Of a stretch of 64,000 nt of DNA, positions 41,518 to 54,479 are shown in pieces (the first letter of the stretch is position 1; each line of letters begins with the position of its first letter). Location of the stretch: contig CM097885.1 of assembly GCA_044892525.1 (NCBI GenBank), positions 372,001 to 436,000 of the forward strand, given 5' to 3'. The notes under the pieces were generated by a model. It was not told the origin of the DNA and did not search any database. It saw only the letters and a program-made list of their open reading frames with translations. Position numbers and translations under genes: made by a program. This DNA comes from Schmidtea polychroa. Taxonomy: Eukaryota.

Positions 41518-44500
41518 ATGAATTCTTTAATAGAAAACGTTATGAATGTTCGAGAAAAAATTCAGGAATTTGGTAAATTTTAATTTATTTATTAATTAAT
41601 TTATTAATTAATTTAGATAATATTAATGAAGACAATTTAAAATCGAAGATTAAAGGAAATTTGAAAAGAAAAAGTAAACATAATTTTTAATTTATTAATT
41701 TAATTAATTAATAATTTAGGTAATACGAATAAAGAGAAAAAATATGTCAATGTGTCAATAAATCGAAATGAAAATTTACAATGTAAGTATTGATTACTTT
41801 TTATAATTTAAAGGAAATTTAATATAATTTTTTATTTAAGTAAATGTTAATATTTTTAATTTAGTAAATTTTTATTTTTTAGTAAATAAAATTTGTAAAA
41901 TAATAATAATTTGCAAATTTTTGCGTAAACATTTATTAAAATCTTTCATTTAAATTATATATTTTTATTAAATTTTTATTTTATAGGTATACTTTATCCA
42001 AATTATTGTTCATCGAAAAAAACATGATAATAATTGCCATTCTATAATGGAGAATTATTACACGAAAAAATATTATAATAAAACTTATTTTATATGTCTC
42101 GTATGTAAGACTAGTGACCCTGTAACATGTAGCGTTTTTTATAATAAACATAAAAATCATTTAGATAGGTTTTAATTTTAAAAAAGATAGTGTTTTTAAA
42201 AGACCCTCAACTATAGAAAAAAATAATACAAATAAAAAAATTAAATTAGATACTTCTTTTGAATCCCAGGTAGGATTAGAGGTTGAATCCAAGGCTGGAT
42301 TGTCTTTTGTTGAATTCCAGGTCGGATTGTCTTTTGTTGAATCCAATGATGGATTGGTTGTTGAATCCCAGGTCGGATTGCCTTTTGTTGAATCCAATGA
42401 TGGATTGGTTGTTGAATCCCAGGTCGGATTGCCTTTTGTTGAATCCAATGATGGATTGGTTGTTGAATCCAATGATGGATTATTCACTTCCTATGATTCT
42501 TGGGATGGATTAAATATAATACAAATAGGTGGAAATGTATCGACAGTACAAAGAGATTTAAGAGGTACCCATCAAATATTAAGTTTAAATACAGCGACTT
42601 AAATATAAAAGAAATAATATTTCCTGAACAACCAATAATAAAATTACGAGATATTATTAACGAATTAGGATCCGTCAAAATTCAATTCGGAATAACAATC
42701 GAATTTGAAAAAGACGGGTAAATAAAGGTTAATAATATCTCCAATTACGCAAAACCTTTAACTGCATCATTTTTTGATCAAGGCATTAAGGAACTAAATG
42801 AGAAAATAACTAATATTACAGAGTTAGGAAGCAATTGGATTATAAAAAAGATAACAGAAATCCACTTCACTATAACAAAAATAAGTAGGTTAAGTAGATT
42901 AAGTGGTAGGAGTTTCATTGAAACACCTACTTATCTAAAAAATAAATATTGTTTAATTAATATAAGAAACACTGATGATTCATGTTTTTTATATAGCATT
43001 TTAGCTATTTTAAAATATGATGAAGTTAGTAGTTATGCTAGAAATAGGACATCGAGTTATAATTTATCCGACTTAGTATATAACCCGTTAGAATTACCTA
43101 TGAAATTAAAAGACATTAGGAAATTTGAATCTAAAAATTCGGGTTTAATAATTAATGTTTTTTCATATGATACTAGCAAACAATTAACTGATAATTATGT
43201 ATTAAAAAATCCACATTTAGATATTATACATCAGGGGTGCCCACAAATTTTTCTAGGAGTGCTACATTCACATCCAAAATGTGTATGCGATCTACTTTTT
43301 TAATACTTACATAATATTTACCTACAATGCAATAAATTCATCACAATAGAACAAATATATGTCAAAATATGGAAAATTAAACTATGTAACTATTTATTAT
43401 AAAAAAATGTAACTTAGGAAATCAAATTTAATGAAAATTATTGTTATATAGAACTTTTGGATGTTGATGCTCTACATTGGGTTGAATCCACTAGATTTTT
43501 GTAGTTTGGGATATAAGTGCTAAGACAACTTCTTAGGCTGGATTCCAAATGGTCATCTGTTAATGTTGCTCGGTACTTTGACTTAATAATTTTCATATGT
43601 GAAAATGCAGACTCACATAAATAAGTTGAACCAAAAAATGATACTAAATTTTCGAAGCATTTTTTCAAGTTTGAATATTTATCCTCTGATAGATATTTCC
43701 ATACATTTGGTTCGGAAGATCTTGATTTAATGAAGATATCATTTTGAAGTGTGATTATGTCCATTTCAAGTATAGGGATATCCATTTTAAACAAAGTTGA
43801 AATTGAATCTGCAACAATTTCTGGCTTTATTTTTGGATTAAACGGAAAGGACATAAATGCAGCCACAATTTCAAGTTGCTTGAAGTCTTGAAAACGTCTC
43901 TCGAACTCTGAAACCAAAATTTTGATCTGTTCCGCATATCTCGTAATATTAAAGTTGACATTTTCAGATTCTTTTAATTGTGACAACATATTTAGAAAAT
44001 AACTTAAATTTTTGTCTTTTATTTTGATAATAAATAATGAAGCTTTTGTATAAATGCAATGATTGAACTTATCATATCGAATATCAATTTATCCTTACCA
44101 TGTAAGTCGAGATTTAATTCATTCAGAATTGCAGTAATATCTACTAAAAATGCCAAATCCAAGAGCCAAACATCATCTTCCAATTGCTTGAACTCATCAC
44201 CTCTTGCGGCAAGGAACAACTTAATCTCAGAAAGCAAATCTCTAAATCTTTGTAAGAATTTTCCTCTACTTAGCCACCTTACATCTGAATGCATCAGTAA
44301 TTCAGCAGGACCTTCGCTATTACTTTCTTCAATTTGTAATTTGAAAAGTCGTCTCTGAAGACTTCTTGCACGAATCGAGTTAGCAATTTTGAATGTTATT
44401 TCCATAATATCTCTCATATTCAGAATTTTAGCACACAAGGCTTGTTGATGAATAATACAGTGGTAGGAAAGAAAATCTGGGAATTCACAATCATTCCTAC

Positions 44501-46963
44501 AATATGCTATAAATCCGTTGTGACGCCCTGTCATAGCTGGTGCGCCATCTGTTGTTATTGATACAAGCTTACAAATTTGGAGCTGAATGCTGTTGGCATA
44601 AGCTTTAAAATTCTGAAATATATCCTCACCTCGAGTTTTACTTTTGAGTGGTATAATTGTTAATAATTCTTCCTTCGTAGAAAAATCTTTAAAGACCATT
44701 CGAATAAAAATTATAAGCTGCGAAATATCAGCCGTATCAGTTGATTCGTCTGCTTGCAATGAAAATGCAGTACAATTTCCTATGTCTAACATTAACTGAT
44801 ATTTTAAATTGGTACTTATTTCTTGGACTCTCCGTGTAACTGTATTACGGGACAATTGCATATCAGTAATAGCAGAAATTATATCTGATTTATTTTTAAA
44901 ATCACAAAATAATGATTCTGCCGCTTCTAAAAATGCTTCTTTTACAATTACTCCATCACTAAAAGATTTCTTATTTTTTGCCAGAATGTAGCTTACTCGG
45001 AAAGATGCAGCTGTAGCTGTCTTTGATTTGGATGCTAGCTTCGTAAAAAATAACTGTTGAAAAAAAATGCATGTTTTCAGTTCCATGATTTTAGACTTGC
45101 GTAGTTCACTGTCAAGTGGATAATCAACTGCAAAATTCTTATGAATTGTCTTGAAATGCCTTTCCAAATTCCCTCTTTTTGGTAATGAAATAGTAGCTTT
45201 ACAAATTAAGCAACAACATTTACCTTTAATCATTACAAAAAAGTACTCCTCTCCATTTCTTCGCTATAATGATAAGTCTTGGCTTTTCTATTTAGCATTT
45301 TTTATTTAGCATTTTTTTATTTAGCATTTTTAAACAAAATTAATTTAACAAAAAACCTTAGAAAATGTTTCACTTTGTTACACAAAAATTTAAGTATAAA
45401 ACAGAAATTTTATATAAAATCTAAATTTATATAAAAAATATTTTTTTTATGAAGATCTACTAAAAAATCCTTCGCGATCTACCGGATAGATCGCGATCGA
45501 ACTTATGGGCACCCCTGTTATACATCGTTCCTAAGTTTTAAATGGAACTGTAATTAATTTACTACTTTTAAATAAAGGAAACAATTTCCATTACGTTGCT
45601 ATAAGTAATTTAAATAGGTTACTGAATTGTGGTATCAACACTAGTTGTCCTACACGCATACGTTCATTATGGTGCCATCGGTGTTTGAATGGGTTTAGGT
45701 ATAAACAAGCACTGGAAAAACATGAAATATTATGTAAACGTAATCAATTAGGAACAACTCTTTACACTTTCCCTCAAAATAAATTATTGCAGTTTACTGA
45801 CTGGTCGAAAACAGTAACTCCTCCTTTTGTAGTTGATGCCGATTTTGAGGCTATTTTACCTTCTGATAATGTTCATTTCCAACGACACATGACAATATCT
45901 GCTGGTCTTTTACTTGTAAATAACTTTGACGGATCTAAATCTTATCAACAGTTCATAGGTTTAGATTGCGTCGAGAGTTTTTTAAGTGCTATAGAGGATA
46001 TAGCATTAAATAAGGTTCTTCCTTTTTATTATAAAATAAGTAGGAAACCGATGATTAAATTAACGAAAATTGAACAACGTCAATTTGTTAGTGCATCTGT
46101 TTTTTATCTTTGTATGAAATCTATCGTTGATCCTGTTAGAGATCACGATCATTTTACAGGGAAATACTTGGGTGCAGCTTGTAGCACATGTAACAAAAAT
46201 AAGAAAATAAATAAAATTTTGCCTATCGTATTTCACAACTTGAAGGGATACGATATGCATCATATACTTAAATACGGATTAAATAAATTTAAAAATTGGA
46301 CTTTAGGTTGCATCCCAATAACGACTGAAAAATTTATTTCTTTGATTGCGCATTTAGGCAAAAGAATTGATTCTTATCAATTCATTGATTCTTATGAATT
46401 TGGTAATGATTCTTTAGCTAAAGCAGTCAAAACTTTGAATTCTTAGCCTTTTACTAATTCTGTTTTTTCTGGCACTTTAGTTTCTGAAAAAGGAATTTTC
46501 CCTTATAATTTCGCTACATCTTTAGATATTCTCCAAACTACTTATGAATTACCACCAATCTGGGAGGGTGTTACTGAGCTTTAGTATGAAAAAGCTCAGG
46601 AGATTTGGGTAGAAACTAATTGCCTAACTTTATTAGATTATATGATGATCTACTTAAAACTTGATTGTTTTCTTTTGGCTGATTTCTTTCATCAGTTTCG
46701 GTTGAAATCTATTGCTCACAATAGATTGGAACCATTGAATTATTTCGGAATTCCAGGTATGTCTTGGTCTTCTGCATTATTGTCTTTAAATGAACCAATT
46801 GAGCTCATAACTGAAAACGAAATGTTTAGCTTTTATGAGGATGGAATATGAGGCGGTATTACTTTTGTGAATTAGCATTACGTAAAAACCGATGAGAACA
46901 CCGAGTTACTTTATATAGATATTAATAATCTTTATGGTTGGGCTTTAAGTCAATCATTACCTT
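41518..46963 (+). pseudogene. pPolB lineage A, copy 2 (spliced leader, hAT insertion, truncated after motif A)
   Basis: Near-identical to 12289-17700. Confidence 0.92.
43232..45517 (-). mobile_element. hAT (Buster-like) transposon, copy 2
   Basis: Same TIRs and TTATACAT TSD (43224-43231, 45518-45525); transposase ORFs 44019..45233 and 43444..43989. Confidence 0.96.
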
Positions 46964-48235
46964 GGACCTTAATTTGGACCTTAATTTACTTTAATTGAAA
47001 ATTTTAGACCTTAATTTACTTAAGTTTAAAAATATATACCATAATTTACTTTACTTTTAAATTTTAGACCATAATTTACTTAATTGAAAATTTTAGACCT
47101 AATTTAATTTAATTGAAAATTTTAGACCTTAATTTACTTAATTGAAAATTTAAGACCTTAATTTACTTAATTGAAATTTTAGACCTTAATTTACTTAAGT
47201 TTAAAAATATATACCATAATTTACTGTAATTGAAAAATTTGGACCATAATTTACTGTAATTTAATTTTTTAGAACCATAATTTACTGTAATTGAAAAATT
47301 CGAGCGACTAATTACTTGGTTAACTTTGCAGTCATTTAAAGCAAAACTTAATTTATTCATCTAATGTTCGTTACAATAGTTAATAATATGAGAAAAATAT
47401 GGTCATTATTCATTGATAATTTTAAATTCTTTATCATTTGGAGTAAATTTGTTTGAGGCAAAAATAATTAAAGGAGTCATAATAGAAATATGGTTATCAT
47501 TTAACCAATTAAGGGGCTTATTAGTTAGAAATATATATATTATAAAGTAACAATTATTTTCTAATTTAATTAGTAGATCATTAGACGTAATATATCTTTG
47601 CGAGAAATTTAAAATGTTTGAGTAACCAAAACATGGATATTTTGTGCGATAAATTTATGAATATTGGTTAATTTTGTTATTTTTAGTCATTTAAAATAAT
47701 ATTTAGCAAAGGTAATTTAGCAAAATATCGTTGTAAGATTTATCCACCCGATAACAATATTCCTTCAATAGATTAACTGATATTCAACCTATTTAATTTC
47801 TGGAAATATAATTAAAATCATAAATTTCCTTCAATAAAGTTAAATCAAAAACGCAAGAGACGCTCAAGCAAATCAAGAATTAAAAAATAAACACATTGCA
47901 GAAACAGAATTTATATAAAGTCAAACCCTGACTCCTCCAACAGATTCAAGTCTAAATAAAATTCAATCAAAAGCAATAACACTAGTAAGTAGGAATCCAA
48001 CCCACTTTCAAGGTCATGAAATATGTCCAGATCAAATATAGGTCAATTGAATCATTTATTTTTAAATTAACATTTTATTTATTTACTTCTTTTTAATTTT
48101 TTCTTTTTAATTATATTAATTAATTATTTTATTTTGTTTTATTTTAATTACTTACTTTAGTTAATTTTTAATTTATTACATTAATTAATTTCTTAGTTTA
48201 TTAATATTTTATTTTAATTACTTACGCTATTTAAA

Positions 48236-48272
<37 letters not shown>

Positions 48273-49226
48273 TATTTTATTTATTTCTTTAATTTTTCTT
48301 AAATTTTACATTTACATTATATTCTAACAAGAGAGTTAATTATAACAATAATATTTCAATTTGTATAAAATTTTAATTAGTAATTATTCAATTTGAATAA
48401 AATATTTATTAGAAATTATTTAATTTATTATAAAATAAAACGCTGTGTTAATTTTAAATAAACTGGATATTAATTTTTTGAAAAAAATAAATAAATAAAA
48501 TAGTCTAAAAGGTTAAATTATGGTCTAAAATTTAAAATTTAAAAATTGAAAATTGAAAATTAAAAACTAAACTAATCAAACTAAATAACCTTAATTCAAG
48601 AATTCACTAAAGTAGATCAGAAGATATTAATTATCAAAATGTAACAAAGACTCTGAAATTCATCAATTTCATCTAATGACCTGGTGATATTCAATACCAT
48701 TCTCAAGAATGCTAAAGTCGGGAATTCTTTGAATTTAACAAATAAATAAAAAATTAAATAAAAAATTATTGTTGATTATAGTTTATCATTAATTATTTTT
48801 TTGTTTGGGGTTGTAAAGAAAATACTTTGACAACACAAGATTTTTAAATTTATTAACAAAAAGTTGGAATAATAGTCTGTAATTGAGAATTGAAATTTTT
48901 TAATGAAAATCTTTAATAGAAATGTTTTAAGATAATTTTTAATGAAAATATTAATGGAATAATTTTCAAAGATAATTTTCAACGATAATTTTAATTGATT
49001 AATTTTTTAAGTAAATTTTTTTAATGAAAATTTTTTTATAGATTAATAATAATAATATTATTATTTCAACCAAATACTATACAACACATAAAAATAACTA
49101 GACACATAACAAAACATATATATATTAACTAAACACATAAAAATTAACTAGACACATAAAAAACATAAAAATTACCAAACAAATAAAAAGAACAAATGTA
49201 AAGATATAAACTTTTATTTAATAAAA

Positions 49227-50657
49227 TCAGTCTTCATCAATATCAATATCATCTTTTCCAACATCTTCTCCAAAATTTAATTGACTTAATATTACATACC
49301 CATATGATAAACTAGTATTTTTCCCCACCCAAACCCTTTTGTCATCTTTGTTAGTTAGATATTTAATAAAATTAGTCCTCATCAGACAAAATAACGTCAT
49401 CGATATCGATATCATATTCTCCAAAATCTTCTCCAACATCTTCAATAAATTATTCCTCATCTTCTCCAACATTTTCATCAAATTCATCTCCAACAATTTC
49501 TCCAACATTTTCTCCAACAATTTCTCCAACATTTTCTCCAATATTTAATTCACTTAATCTTACATGCCTATATGCAAGACTAGTATTTTTCCCCACCCAA
49601 ACCCTTTTGTCATCTTTGTTAGTTAGTGCTATTTTATTATTTTTAATTGTAAAAATTTGATGATTTTTGTTTGTTAATTTTGTTTGAGGAATCGAAAAAA
49701 TTTGATTAGTTTTATAACAATCCAGGTATGACTGATGTTTTATGTCACTACCTTTCAATGTTACACCTTTAGCCTTTTTTGTTTCCTCATCACCCAACAA
49801 GCTATAACACTTGGGTCTAAGAAAAACCCATTCCTTATATTTAAGGCCTTTATTCTCGTCTTTGAACTTTCCAATGACAGAATCAAGGTTCTTACCACAT
49901 AAGGAATGACAACTATTGTAATTGGAAGTATGTAATAAATTATCTCGAATCATTGCAGGTAAAAGAACCTCAAGTTTACAGTTAATGACTTCGAGGAAAA
50001 AAGAGTCTGTATCACCTGTAACGATATTAATTTTATTAACAAATTGATAAGAATCAATGAATCTTAAGCTTATTTTGCCTAAATGCGCAATCAAAGAAAT
50101 AAATTTTTCAGTCGTGATTTTGTTTAAACCATATTTAAGTATATGATGCATATCGTATCCCTTCAAGTTGTGAAATACGATAGGCAAAATTTTATTTATT
50201 TTCTTATTTTTGTTACATGTGCTACAAGCTGCACCCAAATATTTCCCAGTAAAATGATCGTGATCTCTAACAGGATCGACGATACATTTCAAACAAAGGT
50301 AACAAACAGATGCACTAACAAATTGACGTTGTTCAATTTTTGTTAATTTCATCATAGGTTTGCTAACATCTTATAATAAAAAGGAAGAACCTTATTTAAT
50401 GCTATATCCTCTATAGCACTTAAAAAACTCTCGACGCAATCTAAACCTATGAACTGTTGATAAGATTTAGATCCATCAAAGTTATTTACAAGTAAAAGAC
50501 CAGAAGATATTGGCATGTGTCGTTTGAAATGAACATTATCAGAAGGTAAAATAGCCTCAAAATCGGTATCAACTACAAAAGGAGGAGTTACTGTTTTCGA
50601 CCAGTCAGTAAACTGTAATAATTTATTTTGAGGGAAGGTGTAAAGAGTTGTTCCTAA
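49227..50657 (-). pseudogene. Inverted, internally deleted lineage-A-like pPolB
   Basis: ORF 49450..50355 joins RDHDH/HNLKGYD/FIDS directly to GDTDS...DDKR and the acidic tail. Confidence 0.9.
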
Positions 50658-51899
50658 CTTATTTTTTATGTGTTTAGTTAATGTTTATATGTTTTGTTAT
50701 GTGTCTAGTTATTTTTATGTGTTTAGTTAATTTTTATGTGTTGTATAGTATTTGGTTGAAATAATAATATTATTATTAATCTATAAAAAAAAATTTCATT
50801 AAAAAAATTTACTTAAAAAATTAATCCACTAAAATTTTCGTTGAAAATTATCTTAAAAAATTTTTATTAAAGATTTTCATTAAAAAATTTCAATTCTTAA
50901 TTACTGACTATTATTCCAACTTTTTGTTAATAAATTTAAAAATCTTACTTTAATTTACTTATTACTTTAATTAAAAAATTTGAAACTTAATTTACTTATT
51001 TCAGCCCATTGATTACCAAATATATCTATTAATTTACTTTAATTCAAAAATCTTAGCCCATAATTTACTATATTTCAATTTTTAGACCCATAATTTACTT
51101 TAGTTTAAAAATTTGAACCTTAATTAACTAATAAAAGTTAAATTATCATTTTCAATTAATATTTTACAAACATAAAATTACAATATTTGAAATTCTAAAT
51201 ATCTCTATTAACATGTTTGCAATTAATTTTAAAAATACAAAAATTTTACAAAATTTTCAAATTGAATATTAAATATTTTTTTAATTTGCATTTGATAATG
51301 TTTATTCTTAATAAGATTTTCTCATGAGAAAATTCTGATTGGTTTAAATGCAAAACTTTAAATTTAATTCTATAAAAAAAATTATTTTTCAAGACGTCTA
51401 AAAGCTCTAGGACAAGAAGAAAATACAGTTTAGAAAGGTAGTGAGTGAATTTCCTAATGAATTACAGAAGGGTATAGGACAAAGTTCCAGTTCTCTATTC
51501 TCAATTTATCATCAATCAGCAGCAACATTGACAAAGTTTATCTTAAACAAGCTGCAAATTTATATATAAAATTACATAAAAATTGTTGATAAATTGTTAA
51601 AGTTTTAATAATATATTTCGAATAATAAAAATTTCCCTTGATAAAATTCTGAATATGAAATAAATATTAAAAATTATATTAAAATTTAAGACTGTAAAAA
51701 TTTTAAATTTTATTTATAAATTTCATTTTTAAATTGTTTTATTAATCAATTTATTAGAAAATAATCTTAATGAAGCATTTTAAGTATTATTTTAGTTTTA
51801 ACTAATTTTTCTAAATTTTATTTAAATTTATTTTTGTAGTCGTTTATGATATGGAGGCCTTTAAGCAGTTAGTCTTAGTTAACGTAGCTCTCTTACAAA

Positions 51900-53760
51900 T
51901 TACCTTTTACCTTGACTGCATTGATGGAGGTGCTACTTGTCATTAACCTACCTCATGCAGTTATCCATTTGTATGCCGAATGTCCTTTACCGTCAAACTT
52001 CCTGTGGCTTCGTCATAATCGTTCTTATTGATCTAACAATGTACCGCACTACGTCGATCCCTCTTATAAGGTTTCTAAATTTCAACATTTTGCTCTTATC
52101 ATAGCCCATTTTTGACTGCTTTGGTGACAACATCAGAGTGCCTTCTTTTATTTTTTACCTTTTTGGGATCTGACCTTCACAGTGGATACATAAAGATTTT
52201 CAGCAAAAGCCTCAGCGATATGTCCTTGTAATTTCATTTATTTCCATTTTCAGCGTAGATTAGACTAGTAATATCTTGTAATTCTGAACACTTCTCATGC
52301 TTTGTTTCTTTATTTTCAATTTCTAGTTTATTATTTACATCCATCATTTTTATTTTTATTCTGATATTGCATTTATAATTTCTATGTAGGTAGTTTAATA
52401 CCTAAATCGGTATTCCTTACTAAATCGAAAGGTTTAAGCGGTCCTCATACATGCATCCTACTTATCCCAGTTGGTGTATAAAATAAACTGCATTGATGAA
52501 GGTTCGAACCGTCATCGTTTTCTCTCTTGCAGTCAGTCATTTGTGTGGACCTTGTATTTCTTTGTCTTTTTTGCCAGATCCTCTATCTCAGTGGTAGATA
52601 GGCCAATAATCCTTAGTATTGTGCATATTTATCCCAATACCCTAAGGTATTTATTACAAGGACATGTAACGTGTGTGGTCGTTTATGGAGGTGTCCGATT
52701 TTCACTTGTTGTTCCACCGATTGTTCCACTTTACCAACTGTGCTTTAACAGCTTCGGACTCGGCCAGTGAGCTTATCCTTTCATCCCTGCACTCTTCAAT
52801 TCGTCAATTCGCCTGTCACGCTTCGCAAATAGAACCTCTGCTACATTCTTAAATTTAGTTCGCGCGTCACAGGCTATGCAATTCAGCAGAATAGTGTTTT
52901 CGAGACAACCACCTACTTCTTTGAATCCTTTCTGTGCATTCGAACCCCAACGGCAACTACTTACAATTGCCGCTAGTATGTTTTTAAGTGTCCCAGTTAA
53001 AACTAAGCACGCTCTTCCTCTATTTTTGAAGGCTTTCTTAAATCGTCATCCAAGCTAGTTCGCTGGTCATGTTTTCGGTTATTGGGAGTCATTTCCCAAT
53101 ATTTTTGATTTCAAGCTTTGGCTGGGTGCTTTGTTTTGCCTGTGTTTTAATAGAATAGGAATAGGTACCTTTTCTCGGAGAGATGCTTTTTCAGGAATGG
53201 TGATGTTGAAGTGATGGACTCCTTCTCCTGGTAGTATTCCTCACTATATCTGCGTATGTTTTTGATGTAGCTTCTTTTGCATTCATTCTGTTTATTTCGT
53301 CTAAGTACCTAATGATATAGATAAATAATGGAACTGGGGCATAATTTATTCATAATCCGAAGGCTTCTATGGTTATACGTCAGCTGCCTCCTGGCTTCTC
53401 TGATAAAGTTCTCTTTTTCTCCTTGGAATTGCCACCCAAAAAAAAAAAATCAAATTTTATTTTAGTAAATTCGGACTGGCCATAAGGCCGAAGGGGGGGA
53501 CTTCCCGCCACTTAATTTTTCTTTTTTCTTATTACTTCAATTCTTCTATTGCAGGAGTTGGAAACTCCCGCAATTGGACGTTTGTTCTCTGGTAAGCTTC
53601 GTACGGGCGAGAGAAGATAATCATGGCCAAGCATATTCCCGATCGGCCATGGCCCGCATATCAGCACCGGACATTCATTCGTAGATTAGGCTTTCTTGTT
53701 TTCGCTATCTCTCTCTGGTGAGATTATTATTTCTGTTTAGGAGCATTCAATGCCTCTTTC
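51900..53760 (-). pseudogene. Degenerate R2-like non-LTR retrotransposon remnant
   Basis: Minus strand ~52860-53010 reads NAQKGFKEVGGCLENTILLNCI; homologous to 20935-21065 and 5946-6420. Boundaries approximate. Confidence 0.55.
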
Positions 53761-54479
53761 TGATAAGTTAAATGCTGTATTCTAAAAATTAGTTATTTTT
53801 TCGGAGACTCCATTTGCGATTGTTGTAGCGTTACTATAGATACAATATTATAATATATATAGAATGTGGTAATTAGGAAGGAGCGATTATAGTATTGATA
53901 TGAACTCAAAATGGTACCACCAGTTGGGCGGAGCCTTAACAAAGACTCCTACAGGTACCAAACTGATAGTACCTTTACCATATTGCTAAATGGGCGGGAT
54001 TCCTACAAGAGTCCCTACATCAACCCTTTCAGCAATAACCAAGAGTATTATATACATATATTTATCAATATAACGAGATTTATATATTATTGTATTATTA
54101 AAAAGTATATTTACGTTTATTAGTTTATTTAATTTTATTTATGGTAAATTAATCATATTAAATTATATTAGTTTATTTATTTTGTTTTTATTAGTTTATT
54201 AAATAGATTACTTATATAAGTTTATTGGTGTTGGAAGAAATAAATTCATTTTTACAAAACATCAAAAAAAACAAAAGTAAAGGTTATTTTATTTTATTTT
54301 ATTTAATATATGTACTTAGAGTCGATATCAAAGATCATAGCAGATATAGTACAGATAAGTCGATATATATAGTAGATGTAGGACATATAAAGGTGACGGT
54401 TTGATGATATAATATTACCATAATGGACAAATAAATAAGGATTAATAGATAAGAAGTACTTTTATTATAGTTTAATTAA

